From NCBI RefSeq assembly GCF_006345805.1, contig NC_043010.1:58032001-58096000 (forward strand): 64,000 nucleotides of DNA, read 5' to 3'. The DNA comes from Octopus sinensis. Its lineage: Eukaryota. The notes beneath the pieces were generated by a model that saw only the letters and a list, made by a program, of their open reading frames with translations, was not told where the DNA came from and made no database searches. This document shows, one piece after another, positions 12,988 through 26,990 of this stretch. Both the position numbers and the translations under genes were made by a program. How positions within the stretch are numbered: position 1 is the stretch's first letter; each line of letters opens with the position of its first letter.

Positions 12988-13210
12988 AAGGCGGCAAGCT
13001 GGCAGAATGGTTAGCATGCCAGGTGAAATGCTTAGTGGTATTTCATCTGCTGCAACATTTTCAGTTCAGATTCTGCTGGGGTCCACTTTGCCTTTCATCC
13101 TTTTGGGGTTGATTAAATAAGTACCAGTTATGCATTGGGGTTGATGTAATCAACTTAATCCCTTCCTCCAAATTAGAGGTCTTGAGCTTCCAGTAGAAAG
13201 GATTATTATT
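12988..13210 (+). mobile_element. SINE family A (full length)
   Basis: AAGGCGGCAAGCTGGCAGAATGGTTAGC head, CACTTTGCCTTTCATCCTTTTGGGGTTGATTAAATAAGTACCAG body, GGATTATTATT tail, inserted after (ATT)n. Confidence 0.85.
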
Positions 13211-13767
13211 TTTAGTATTATTACATACAAACAACACATTCAATCAATGATGGCTTCCACCAGTCATACACCAAGGTCCAGAAACCTTTCCACAACAGAG
13301 AACAAAACTCAGCACCCATCACATCCTCCATACAGCAAACCTATTAACAACAAACAATGTGATGACAGCAATGATAAATATAGAGCAACAGGGAGTTAAC
13401 TCTGATCACATCTGCAGTGACCACCACCACAGACTGGAGAGTTGAGAGAGCACAATATTTCCACACTGTGATACTGCATTCCATAGCATTTAGCAAAAAG
13501 TGCATGTTAGGGTTGCAATGCACAGCTCAACTGGAGAAACATTGTATAGTAAAGACATGTACAGCTTTACTGTGGTAACTACAGCACAAACTACAGCCCA
13601 CACTGTATTGTTATATAGAGTTTTAGTGAGAGATAACATCAATGAAATGCCTTTAATTCTCTAGAGATGACACAACTGGATCAGGACAAATGGTAAAATA
13701 TGCACAATGTTCTGAGACTATCACACAATATGGTGCCTATACACCTCACAACTAATGTTGTGTTTAA

Positions 13768-13972
13768 CCCTTTCGTTACCAGCTCTGGCTCTATAGTATG
13801 ATGTCTTGTTTTCATAACTTTTGAATTAAAATCTCTCACCAAACCTTAGTCACAGTTTATGCTCCTAACACCAGCTGAATGATAACCAAGTTATTTTACT
13901 AAATTCTTTGTTATATTTAAAGTAATTGAAAAGAACACAGAGCATCTCAAAATAAATAGAGTAACGAAAGGG
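13768..13972. mobile_element. piggyBac-type MITE (205 bp)
   Basis: TTAA|CCCTTTCGTTAC ... GTAACGAAAGGG|TTAA: perfect 12-bp TIR with TTAA duplicated on both sides. Confidence 0.85.
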
Positions 13973-14179
13973 TTAAGAGAGAGTTGAAGGTGGTTTCAGA
14001 GTGATTAGCCAAGTCATTGTTACAGCAAATGTTCCTGGATCAACCACTGCAGTCTACTTAACATTGTCTACCTCATTCACATATGTCTGTCTATTCAACT
14101 GAATTTTCCTCGTTGCAGCCAATTGTTGCATTAGACATCCCAATAACACTTTTCAAAATATCTCAATGACATCTCTGCA

Positions 14180-14775
14180 TAGTAGCTAGACCTGTTAGAA
14201 TTAGCAGCCAAATCTCCTTCAAATCATAGCCTACTGTCTTATGCATGTATGTATGAGCCGATAAGGGAGACCTCTACGTGATAATTAGTCCTGTTATAAA
14301 TAACAACCAAAAGCCCCTCATATCACATCTTACCATCTTATTTTTATATATAAGTATGTATGTGCCAATGAGGGAGACATCAATATGTTTGCTACATCTG
14401 ATAAAAATAGCAGTCAAATCTCTCACAAATCATAGTCCATTATCTTGGAAAAGGAAATATCACATTTAATAATGCTGTCTCTGATATCCTTAAAATGTCA
14501 TGGCTGGAATGTCTTTAATCAAAATCCTTTTGATTGATCAGGGTTGACCAGTAATGGCAACCATGTCCTGCAATGACTTAACCTGTACATAATTATTAGA
14601 TCCTTTAGAAATAGTAGTGAAATCTGTCCTCAATTATACCCATCATTCAAAAAACAAAAAGGTAAGTAGTCCTAGATGTACAGGATGAAAATAAAGTGAC
14701 ATATGAGGTGGTCACAGTTGGAACATCATTGATTGTATGTTTGATTTGATCTGACCTGGGGTTAAACAACAGCAA
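14180..14775 (+). mobile_element. Three stacked decayed copies of family C
   Basis: Repeated AATAGCAG(C/T)CAAATCTC..AAATCA starts and GTCATGGCTGGAAT/GGTCACAGTTGGAA..GTTAAACAACAGC ends. Confidence 0.5.
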
Positions 14776-14879
14776 CAAACATCAAATGCTTTCATCTCTT
14801 CACATACACATTTCCTACAACATATTTCCCACAACACATCTCAACAATAGACATTTCCTCATCAAGTTTACCCCAAGAC

Positions 14880-15210
14880 AAAAATACCCACTACAACTGC
14901 GCAAGCCACTAGCTCCTCCCCACAACCTTTCTGCCATAGACAACATCCCCACAACAAACGACAGCTATAAAAATGACTTTTCCCACAACAAAGCCTCCCC
15001 CACAACAAACACCTTCCTACAATAAATACCTTCCCACTACAAACAGCACCCCCACTTAACAGCCTCTCACAACAAACACCTTCCCACGGCAAACCTGCTC
15101 CCACAACAAATATCTTCCCTCAACAAACACCTTCCAACAGGAAAGTATTTTCTACAACAACACTTTCCCACAACAAACAGTCCCAGTAAGACAGACTCTA
15201 CCCACAATTC
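14880..15210. repeat. Degenerate ~17-bp minisatellite (CCTTCCCACAACAAACA)n
   Basis: CCCACAACAAAC and variants recur about every 16-18 bp. Confidence 0.7.
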
Positions 15211-16298
15211 CCACCAATCTGCATCATTTCTGCCTCTGCCTCTCACATTACAAATATAGAAATGAGTGTAATGACAGCCAGTGTGTAAATATATGTACAC
15301 ACACACACACACATTCTACACAGGCACACATTTATATATATATATATATACACACATCCAAGCTATTGAATCCATCCGCCTTCCCAGTTTCCATTAGCGG
15401 ACATCCTGCAAATATTGCTATATCCTGGCTGGCATCTGATTTCTCTTCCAATCCGATTGTAACGTACAACATGTCTATGTGTGTGTGTGTGTGTGTGTAG
15501 GTTTGTATGTCTGCCAGTGTATGTATTACTGTATGTGTGGCATTTCTACATGGCTGTGTTTGTGTGAATGTCAGTATATGTGGGTGTAAGTGCGATGTAT
15601 ATTTATGAGTAAGGCTGTGAATGTGTGTGTTTGCCTAATTGTATGTGTGATAGTGTGGGTTTGTATATGCAGCGGTGCATGTATATATATATATATATAT
15701 ATATATATGCGTGTGTATGTACATAGGTGTGTGTATGTGCTTGCAAAAAGACGATGGCCGGCTTCATTCTGCAGCATCGTAGCATCGAGGTGGTGGGATG
15801 AGGGAAGATAAATGTAGCATGGACTTGTGTGTGTGTGTGTGTGATGAACATGTGATGGAAGGGAGAGTGAGAGGTGAGTGAAAGAGAGAGCAAGAGGGAA
15901 AGAGAAAGGTGGTGGTGGTAGTGGCGCAATCAGTGTTTCTACACTAGATGTATGTGTGTGTGTGTGCAAGTTTATAGGTGTCTCTGTGCATATTAGTATG
16001 TACGTATGCATTGGGTATGTGTTTATGTGTATATGTGAGGAAGTTTAAATCATTTACTTAATACATCTTTGTATGTGTGTGTGTGTGCTTATGTGTGTGT
16101 TGTGTGCATTTCATTGTATATTTCAATAAATCTCTGTGTATCTACATAGATTAGTAGATATATGCACATACAGAGGTAAGAACTACCACACACATACACA
16201 AACACACATATATATGTATATATGTGTGTATATATGTATGCATATATATGTATATACATATATAAATACTCACACACTTACAGAGGTATGTACATATA

Positions 16299-16331
<33 letters not shown>

Positions 16332-16373
16332 GTATATACATATATGTACATATATGTGTGTGTGTGTATATAT

Positions 16374-16415
<42 letters not shown>

Positions 16416-16530
16416 CATATATGAATATATATGTACATATATATATGGATTTATATATGTATGTATATGTAAATGTGTGTGCATATATGTATGTATGTAT
16501 GTGTTTATACATACAAACACATATATTTTC

Positions 16531-16711
16531 ATGCCGGTGGCATGCAAAAAGTACCCACTACAATCATGGAGTTGTTGGCGTTAGGAAGGGCATCCAGCTG
16601 TAGAAACACTGCCAGATCAGAGTGGAGCCTGGTGCAGCCTCCTAGCTTCCCAGATCCCGGTTGAACTATCAAACCCATGCTAGCATGGAAAACGGACGTT
16701 AAACGATGATG

Positions 16712-16712
<1 letters not shown>
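16531..16712 (+). mobile_element. RTE LINE 3'UTR stub
   Basis: GCCGGTGGCATGCAAAAAGTACCCACTAC..GTTGGCGTTAGGAAGGGCATCCAGCTGTAGAAAC..GCATGGAAAACGGACGTTAAACGATGATGAC. Confidence 0.85.
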
Positions 16713-16744
<32 letters not shown>

Positions 16745-16839
16745 CGCACACACATATATGTATGTATATATAAATATATGCATATAAATATATATGCATA
16801 TACATATATATACATACATGTATATACATACATGTATAT

Positions 16840-16899
<60 letters not shown>

Positions 16900-17483
16900 T
16901 ATACACGTATGTCCCTACACAACCAAGACACAATGGCCCTTACCCCCATCATACATAATACATACAGGAACCAACAAAGTAGCCACTATAGGACAGTTCA
17001 AGTTGTTAAAAATAGCAACGAAATCTCCCTCAAATCATACTGTACAATCTTCAAAAAATACTTAAGGGAGATAATACGGTCTAAGGTGCCATAAACATAG
17101 AGAAAACGTGATGGCCATGGTTGGAAAGCCTTTACTAGATTTGTTCATTTAGGCTCACTTCAGGGAATACCACAGTACACCCACATAAAAACACATATAC
17201 ACGTATATGTATACCATTGCATCCACGCATGCAATGGGATACATATTCACACACACTCACACCCATATGTGCCCATACACACAGAAGTCATTGGAACGTC
17301 TTCACTTAAACAAAAAAGCTTCATTGCTTTGGTAGAGACCGGCTGGAGTTCTGTATAAAACACACATACAATATACATACATATGCATATACACAAACAC
17401 ATACACATTTATACATACATACAGATAAACATGCATATATATATAATACACCCATAACCCCTGTCTTACTTAGTACTATATAT

Positions 17484-17520
<37 letters not shown>

Positions 17521-19620
17521 AGATAACGAAATTTAAATTTTCTAAAGGTTAGTTGCCCGTTTTCAGTTTCAATTTTCCTGTAACAAGCGGATTATAAGTG
17601 GATAAAACAGTGTATTTGGCTTTAGAATAACCCTCTTTAGCCCTTAATTATATGATATATATATACGCACATGCATGTATATATACACATATGTATACAC
17701 TGCTACACATATGTAGACACAATAGTGTGTATATACACGTTTACAAATCAGCTAGACCAGGAACAAATAAGAAAACCTCTTTGTGGAACAAATCGCTAGA
17801 AATAGAAACCAAATTGCCTTCAAACTGCAACCTTACTGTCTATAAAGAAAAGGACACATTGTATTATATATTTCAAGGTGATGGGCATGGTTTGGTATGA
17901 TTTTGGCAACAGGTCTGTTTGATTGGAAATGAATTTGGGCCTAACAACAACAACACATCATATTAGATACAGTACACACACACAGGTACCATGTACAGAC
18001 TACAACGTAGATACACACGCACACACACACAATATGCAAATATACATTAGTTGAAAGCATACATACTATGTATATACACACACCATTTAATGCAAGTAAT
18101 GCAAGGACACTGCTATATCTTAATATCATAACATATATTTTCATATATGTGTATATACCCATTTACACATATACTGATGTGTACAAATACACACACACAC
18201 ATATATATACCATATATATATGTTTATATGCATGTCATATATATACACACACATACATGCATTTATGTATGTGTGTGTGTGTTCTGTTCTATTTTAATTA
18301 TTTGAAATCTGCCTCTGACGAAAGGGTTGGACTCTTCTTAACAAAGACGCAAAGCTCCATCGTTGGAATGGAGAAAATAAAATCCAAGTCACATTTTGAA
18401 CTTGAGAAAACTCTTGCATATCATATGCATGTAGCTATATATTTGTATATATATCTGTGTGTATGTGAGTGTGTATATATACATCTTTATTTATATTAAT
18501 TATTATGTATAAAGTTTGCACACAATATAAAGAGAAAGTATATAATATGTATGTAGAATAGGTATATTGATTGTATTTTGCATACAGTGTGTTTGAATAG
18601 TAGCTATAGAGTAACGGATACAGTAGGTATAAATTGGGTGTTATGTGTATATAATATATGTGTATATATGGAATGTATAATAGGGATAATGAGTGTAGTG
18701 TGTATGTATTTATGTATGCATGTAGGTAGGTAGGTATGTGTGTACATATGTACGTGTGTGTACATATGTACGTGTGTGTACATATGTATATGTATGTATG
18801 TATAGATAGATAGATAGGTAATCAGACAGATAGAGAGATTTATAAATAAATAGAGGGATAAATAGGGAGATAGGTAGACAGATAAATTCAAAGGCAGATA
18901 GAGAGATAGACCGCTAGCTACCTAAATAGATAGATAAATAGATAGATGTAGAGAGAAGGAGAAAAAGAGAGGAAGATATATATAGGGAAAGTGAAAGTAG
19001 AACTGAAGGGAGATAATTTAACAAAAGAAATGTCTTCTATGGTGTGTGTGTGTATATATGTGTGTGTGTGTGTGTGTGTATTAAAGTATCGTGTATATAG
19101 CCTGTGTTTTGTACTGTTTATAACTATTGTCTGTGAGTGTTCTAAGTATGTGTGTGTGTGTGTTTGATAGAAAGGGCAGATTAGGAGGAGCAGGAAATGA
19201 GGGGATGTCACCTGCACATGATCTGCTGCTGATCATGTGACTGCACGCCATTCAACAGGATCGAACACACACACACACACACACACAGAAACTGACTAAG
19301 ATCTTAATGGAAGCTGCATTGTGATTACATACAAATATATACACACCACTATATTGATCAATGCATATGTGTGTGTGTGTGTGTATCTATTTATGCATGT
19401 TTGCATGTATATATGTATGAATGTATTTCTTTGTATGTATGGGCATATTGATCAGTGTATAGACTCTCCCTACCAATCTATGTGTGTGTATGTGTACATA
19501 TATCTATGTATGTGTGTATATATATACTTACACGTGTGTGTGTGTGTATCTCTCTATCTTTCTTACTATGTATAGATATATACATATACGCATATATATT
19601 TGTGTGTATGTATATATATA

Positions 19621-19672
<52 letters not shown>

Positions 19673-21641
19673 TAAATGTATATATGTATACATACAATCA
19701 CGCATAGAAAGAGAGAGAAAGAAAGAGATACACAGACAGTGTAGTAGTAGGATTACTACATACATACATTCATGAACATACTCACAGACATACACATGCA
19801 CACACACACACACACACATACATACACTACCATATCAGTGGAGCTATCATACAAATGCCGTCAAAATGTAGTGGTAGTAAATGACACACACACACACATA
19901 TACAAATGTACAGGCATATGTATGTATATACACACATGCAAATATGCATATATATATAAACATATATACACAGAGAATTACAGACTTCATTAGGTTATGT
20001 TCCTTCTAAGGTATTTGAGGAAGATTTGCCTGTTGATTCTAGCAGTTCAAGGGGGAACTAAAGAGAGAGAGAGAGAGAAACAGAGACAGAGCAGTCTACA
20101 ACTCCACTATGACCACCACCACAGATGGACAGCAATCAACAAGTCCACAACAGGCACACTGGAACAATAAACTAGTGAATATCAGTGTAGTGGTGGCAGT
20201 GGTTGCGATGTTGGTGGTGTTACAGGCAGTTGTATTACACACACTAACACACAAACACACACATACATAAATGTGTAGTGGCAGCAATATTTCACCCACA
20301 CACACGCACATACTCAAACCCTTATACACACACACACAAACACATAGTCTCACACATATATATTGTATTAGCAGTGCTACACACAAACATCAAGAGTGAC
20401 GGTAGCAGTACTACACTCACACACACACACACACTGCATGAATGCAATGAGATGGTGGCAGGGATATGCACACACACACACACACACGAATATTTGGCAT
20501 ACTGGATCTGTTGATGTCATTTATTCAGAGTAGAGCCAACCCCTCATCACCACCCAGACTGTCACAGTACATAGCCAGGATACCCAGGGTACTTAGGCTG
20601 GTCTGTCATTAGACAGAGATACAACGGACAATTGTATCCCACTCAGCCACCCCTATCACATTCAGAGAGTCAGATGGATCAGAGAAGATAACACGCACAC
20701 ACACACACTCATACACACACAATAACAACCACATTCTTTATTTTTCACTCACTCACTCACACACTCTCTCTCTCTCTCTATCTCTCTCGCTCTCATCCTT
20801 TCAATCTTAGCACCTCACTATCTCTCCTCTTCCCCCTCCTATCCAATACCACTCCCCCTTAACTCTCTCTCTCTTCCCTCCCCTCCCCCTCCCTACCATC
20901 AGCTATTTATTGATTTCCTTCATTTTCTCAGATTCTTTTCTTCTGTCACTCATTCCCTTCACACACACATTCAATCCTTCCCTCTCTCTTTCTCTCTCCT
21001 TCTCTTTCTATACTCATCCTTCTACTTACACTGCACCCTCTAACTTTCCCTACACTTTCCCTTTCTTTTATATTTCCAACTCTTCCCCTCCCCCTGCACT
21101 CTTCTCTCACACTTAACCTCCCTCTTCTCTCACACTCAACCTCCCTCTACGTCATTTAGAGACCACACTCCAGTGTCTCACTCACTCAGTGAGGCTCTAT
21201 TATTACATATGGTCTTCTTTTTCTCACCACTCACCATCAGCTACACACACACCAAACTGACTGAGCTTCACCTGTATACACACACACACACATTCATATA
21301 TGTGTGTGTGTATGCATATATATATATATTTGTATATTTATAATATAGAGATAAATGTGTGTGTCTGTCAGTCTATAAGTCTGTATGTGTGCATGTGATT
21401 GTGTGAATGCTTTTAGCCTGGTGGTATGTTGTGTATGTGTGTATATATGTAAGTGAATATTGTGTTTATATATGTTTCTGTGAGTGCATGCTTGAATTTG
21501 CATGGCATTAGTCTCAGGAGAATAAGATCCCTTTTGAAGGGCTCTGACACTCTGAAATGAAAGGTCAGTGCTCACATGACCTTTCAAGATCCTATTAAGT
21601 GTCGGTCTTAGGATTCACCTGAATCATGTTCTTGGCAATAG

Positions 21642-21694
<53 letters not shown>

Positions 21695-23123
21695 GTAACT
21701 AGCATATTCAAAGAGTTTACAGTACAATAAAAACAAAAGAAAAGAACCCGAAAACCAAGCAAAGAATCATTATGCATTAATAAGGATTCTAACCACCCTC
21801 CCACAATTAGATATTTCACCATTGGTAATATTAGGAATCCAATTCCAAAATTCTCATCAAATATGTAAACACTCAATAAAACCATCCCTGTGTATTATAT
21901 CCTTATACCAGAGTACATTTATTTATCAAATGCAGTATATTGAACAAACTATACAAAAAACACAGTATACAGAGAAACAAGGAGATAATCTGATATTACC
22001 TGTCATGTTGCAGAATATTGCTTATAAATATAGCAACAAATTTTGTTATTTGTTTGCATCTCTTTCTGATTTCACATTAGTATCATAAGATATTTAACAA
22101 GGCATGTGTAAATTTCAGCTTTAGGTGTTTTGATAAAATAAACTTCCAAATTTGTCACTATTATCAAAACCTCAGAAACCCCCTACAATCATAATAATCT
22201 GAAGGCAACTGAAAAAAGAACCTACATTGTCCTCTTAATAGAAAATACTTATTAAAAGCATTGCTGTACAGATCTAATATAAAAAAAATTTTAAACCGGT
22301 GTTACAGAAATGTACATATATAGGATTGACATAAAACACTTTCAAAACCTGACATATGTAACATATCCATTCATTTAGATCCAGAAATTAGTTCAACTTG
22401 ATATCACTCTCTCGGTATAAATAGAAACTAAATGATACAAGAACCAATGAGATTACTACATACGGGAGGGTTTTCGAACTAGCCCTGGCATATAATAGCA
22501 AGAACAGTAGATAGAATTTATGGGTGGGAGAGTAATAAATAAACAGTCTTATCAGCTAACATCTCAAAATGAAAAGATGACATTTTCCACATATCTATAT
22601 AAAGAAGACACACTCCTCCATCAGATTCATTATAAATATAAACAGGATGATTTTTTCCTCCTAAATAAACAATTACAATATGTAGTGAGGTAAAAAATAA
22701 CATCTATGAAATATGTATTTAGAATAGTCTCCCTGAAAAATCAAGAAATCATGCCATATGTAAATTAGGAGTAATCTCCCTTAGTGAGCCATTAACATCA
22801 CATGACCTGAAATGATGAATAAAATTCAAATATCCAGTATTTTGTTCTAAACAGCACCATGGTATTTTATAAAACTATTTTCCCTGAATGAACTGTGAGT
22901 AGCAGTGGGGCAAGACACCAGCTATACATAAATGACTAATGAGGCTCTTTAATATGGGTTGAATATTTATATATATTCATAGACAGGAACAATCATATAG
23001 TCATAGGTAATGTATATTACGTAATTACTTGCAGTCACTTAATTAAAACCAAATGACCAAATATAATACAGAAATACAAACTGGCTATATAAAGATCAAT
23101 ATATATATATATATATATATATA

Positions 23124-23659
23124 TGCTGTGACTGCGAAGACCCGACAAATAACGTGAGTTCGTGACTGTTTCCTGCACCAGTTTCACATAGCAGCTCCAG
23201 CCCATCCAAAGTACCTTGGATTGCAGGACAGCCTGCCGTGCTTACCTTGGATCATAGGGCGACCTGCTGTGCTTGGGGAGACCTATTGAATCTAGTACAT
23301 CAACATCAAAATAAAAATCAAATGGAAATTGTAGTTGTGATACCCGTGCCTGTGGCACGTAAAAAGCACCTTCCGAAACGTGGCCGATGCCAGCGCCGCC
23401 TTGACTGGCTTCCATGCTGGAGGCATGTATAAAGCACCAACCAATTATGGCCGTTGCCAGCCTCCCCTGGCACCTGTGCCAGTGGCACGTAAAAAGCACC
23501 CACTACACTCATGGTGTGGTTGGTGTTAGGAAGGGCATCCAGCTGAAGAAACACTGCCAGATCAGACTGGAGTCTGGTGCAGCCTCCTGGCATCCCAGAC
23601 CCCAGTCGAACCATCCAACCCATGCTAGCATGGAAAACGGACATTAAACGATGATGATG

Positions 23660-23661
<2 letters not shown>
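23124..23661 (+). mobile_element. RTE LINE 3'UTR fragment with three internal sub-repeats
   Basis: Homologous to ~6970-7394. GTGGCACGTAAAAAGCACC-type unit occurs three times; (GAT)n tail. Confidence 0.9.
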
Positions 23662-23709
<48 letters not shown>

Positions 23710-23827
23710 TATATATATATAACATAGATAACTTAGATTGGTTTCGGCCATTATCGGCCCAGGCCATCACTAACTCAATAGCACCACCTGAAAAGTCTTT
23801 TAGTTAATTGTTTGAGGATACCATGGA

Positions 23828-24060
23828 TCACTGAAGCACAGAATTGTGGTTGGTTGAGACGTATCCAGGTATAGGTGATTTATCTGGTATTTCCCAGAGG
23901 AATTTGTCCAGGTACCGTTTGAAAGTTGTGGGGACTTTTCCTACTTTAATTTCTTTCAGGATAACATAGAAAAGTGCAGGACCATCTGCAGTGAAGAAAT
24001 TATGTCTCAACCTTTGTAGGGGAATCATTGCGTGGGGGGGCCTAGTTTTGGCTGAATTGT
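23828..24060 (-). mobile_element. CR1-like LINE C-terminal fragment
   Basis: Peptide LRHNFFTADGPALFYVILKEIK..FKRYLDKFLWEIPDKSPIPGY..NSVL matches the CR1-type end (GP.LFN.LP..FK..LD.FL..IPD.P..PGY). Confidence 0.75.
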
Positions 24061-24379
24061 AAACATAATACCGATATATGTATGTATGTGTGTGCACATT
24101 GTGATGCTGATTATAGACATCCACAATAAGAGAATAAAGTAGTAATGTGAAGTTATGGTGGGTTGTTCTTGCTGTCATTGTGAATATTTATAAAAAAATA
24201 AAATTTGGAGACTACGACATCTCACATATATAAGTCTTCAAATCAAGGAAGGCCACATGAAAGAATGTAATCCCTAGCATACAAAATATCATGAAGGGCA
24301 TGGCTGGAATGGTTTCAGTCATCAGGTCTGGTTAATTAGAACTGAGCTGGGACTAAGCAACAACAACATCAATGCTTTC

Positions 24380-24560
24380 AAATTAGGGGAGAAATGGGTA
24401 CATTAATTCCATAATCCCCAGTCCCCTCAACTGGTCCTTATTTAATCAACTCTGAAAGGATGAAAGGCAAAGTCAACCTCAGTGGAATTTGAACTCAGAA
24501 CCTGAAGACAGACGAAACGCTACAAAGTATTTCGTCTGACATGCTACCAAGTCTACCTTA
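24380..24560 (-). mobile_element. SINE family A
   Basis: GAAAGGATGAAAGGCAAAGTCAACCTCAGTGGAATTTGAACTCAGAAC on the + strand. Confidence 0.8.
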
Positions 24561-25239
24561 GCATCAACAATAACAACAACATACTCATATTACTAATGGA
24601 AAAAGATTTGTTGAGAAAGTTGATCTCTGATAATAAAGAAGAAGCCAAGGGAAATAACTCAAATGAGGTTGATGTCTTTATCAAATTTTCATTAATTTAC
24701 CTCTTTCTTGGAGAAAGAAATCAAAAACCTAGTGGTGCCTGTGAGTGAATCTCAAATATAAGGGGAGATAATTTCAAGCAATTTAGAACTTAGTTTAGAA
24801 AACGCTCAATGTTGTGCTTGTTGTTGTTGTATAGCCGTCCACCACTGGAGCCAGCAAATCCATGGTATGTAGTTAAGCAGTAAAAGGTAAATGAACACCT
24901 GTCCATCATTTTACCACCAATCCAACCATAACCACCCTACCCTATTGGTGTGTAAGAAACAATATAGTCAAGCTAAAACTTTTGACTTGTTATTGTTGTT
25001 TTTCATACCAAGTCACCTCTTATTGAGGAGGAGCTTTCCAGGGTTACCTCGGAGTATATTACCCAATGTATATTTTTCTTTTTCAAAATGGTTCAAGTGT
25101 GATTTCAGGTAATTTTGGCTGCTATTTCTATAGCTACAATTTACAGGGCTCCTTTATTGGGTTATACGCACATTCCTACACACATATATGAATATATGTG
25201 TGCATATTATGTCTATGTGTGTGTGTAAGTTTGTGCACA

Positions 25240-25271
<32 letters not shown>

Positions 25272-26180
25272 CATGTGTGTGTCTTCAACTTTCTCAGGGA
25301 TGCTTTTTGCACTAAGAACATATCATTAAGTGGACGCTAACATATATAATGTAAGCAATCCCAGAAAAATTTTATTCAATTAAAATTATACCTGTAAATA
25401 ATATAAATTTCATTAGCACTAATCATATTTGTTGTTCAGAAAGGCAAGAGAACAACTCCAAGACCCGAAATGACAAAAGTTTGATTGAAATATGTATTGT
25501 GGAGTGTATAAGATCATTAGTAAATACTGTGGACATGTTTCTGCCTTATTAGTTTTCCTCAGTGATATATAATTTTACCATCCCTGATGATAAGTAAAGA
25601 ACAAAAAACATTTACAAATCAAGGGTTTCAGAGAGTTCAAAACATTATAACTATGACAGCTGCCAATTAACTGTATATTCTTCCAGCAAAAGACATCCCT
25701 GGGAAACTTTTCCTCTGACATTATTTTGAATTGTAAAAATTACAAAGAATCTGTCTTCCCTTGCAGTGATTTGAACTCAGAACATAGAGAGATGTAACTA
25801 AATACCAAAAAATTGCATGTTGTCAGCTACAAGGAGATATATTGGGGGGGGGGTAGAGGCTGTTAAATCGATTATATCAATTAACAATAATCAATAATTG
25901 ATATTTTAAATACTGGGATCATAGTTATTGATTTGTTTGAAAATATATTGATAACTTTAAAGCCTGAGGCATTTTCTCACCTCCTCCTCCTCCTTTCTCC
26001 CTTCCTATTTTTCCTTCTCTCCTTTCTCTCCTTCTCTATTTCTCTTTCTCCCCTATCTCCCTCACTCAATCCCCTTCTCCCTCTCTCCCTGTTTCTCCTC
26101 TCTTACTCTCCTCCCATTGCTATGTTAGTACCACCCTTGGCCCTTTAAGAGTTTATGAAATGACTCAAGTCTGTAATGTG

Positions 26181-26216
<36 letters not shown>

Positions 26217-26349
26217 ATGTGTGATGACAAAATAACTACAGACTAAGATGGTGGTGGTGGTGGGTGGGGTGGTGGTGGACTGGTTGTTGAATATTAAGTG
26301 GGACACATTACTCAGAACCAGAATAATGGGAGTCATGAGTTTAATATGT

Positions 26350-26990
26350 TGGAGTAAAAAGACAGGGTGGTCATGATTGGAATGTCTGTGTCATAAGTTT
26401 GACAACCTGATACTAAAGATGGGACACTTTATATAATGTAGTCCTAGATAGCCGATGCCTGAATGAATGAGTGACCTGTTGGTCAAGTGGAATGTCTGTG
26501 ACCATCAGTCTGCTGGATCAGAACTAATGAGCTTGGGAGAGGGGGTGCTAAACAACAGCAACAAGGTCTAATTAGGGTAACGAGATTCTACATGGTCACT
26601 GAGCTTGCTAGAAATCGAAGCTAAATCCCCTTAAATCACATATTGTCAAAAAAAAGGAAAGAACAGATTAGATAGTGTAGTCCTAGATACACTATGTCTG
26701 TAAAATATGATGGCGGGAGTGTAGTTAGAATGTCTGGATCAGGGATGACCTAGGGTTAAACAGCAGCAACAACAAAGCAACATAATCAGAGCAAGAAAGG
26801 GACTTCAATTGGACACTTGGGCTGGTAGAAATAGCAGCCAAAACTCATTTAAATTACATTCTACTATCTTATGAAAGAAAGGATGAGGTGAATAATCTTG
26901 TCCTAAATACTCAATGTCAGAAAACTATGTGGGACAGTCATGGCTGGATTTGATGTGATTGCTAACCTTCGGTTAAATAACAACATGGAC
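26350..26990 (+). mobile_element. Stack of decayed family C copies
   Basis: Repeated GTAGTCCTAGATA / GGTCATG(A/G)(C/T)TGGA / AAACAAC(A)GCAAC modules. Confidence 0.5.

Noticed and set aside
18310-18350. Hammerhead-like CTGACGA-AAGGG-TTGGA-CTCTT
   Set aside because: GAAAC is replaced by CTTAAC and no stem I/III can be drawn; at most a heavily decayed relic.
21235-21271. 37-nt micro-exon VKLSQFGVCVAD with GTGAGT donor (kinase-like VKLSDFG impression)
   Set aside because: The acceptor is only a (TG)n tract, the exon includes a GT microsatellite, the DFG aspartate is absent, and no other kinase exons were found.
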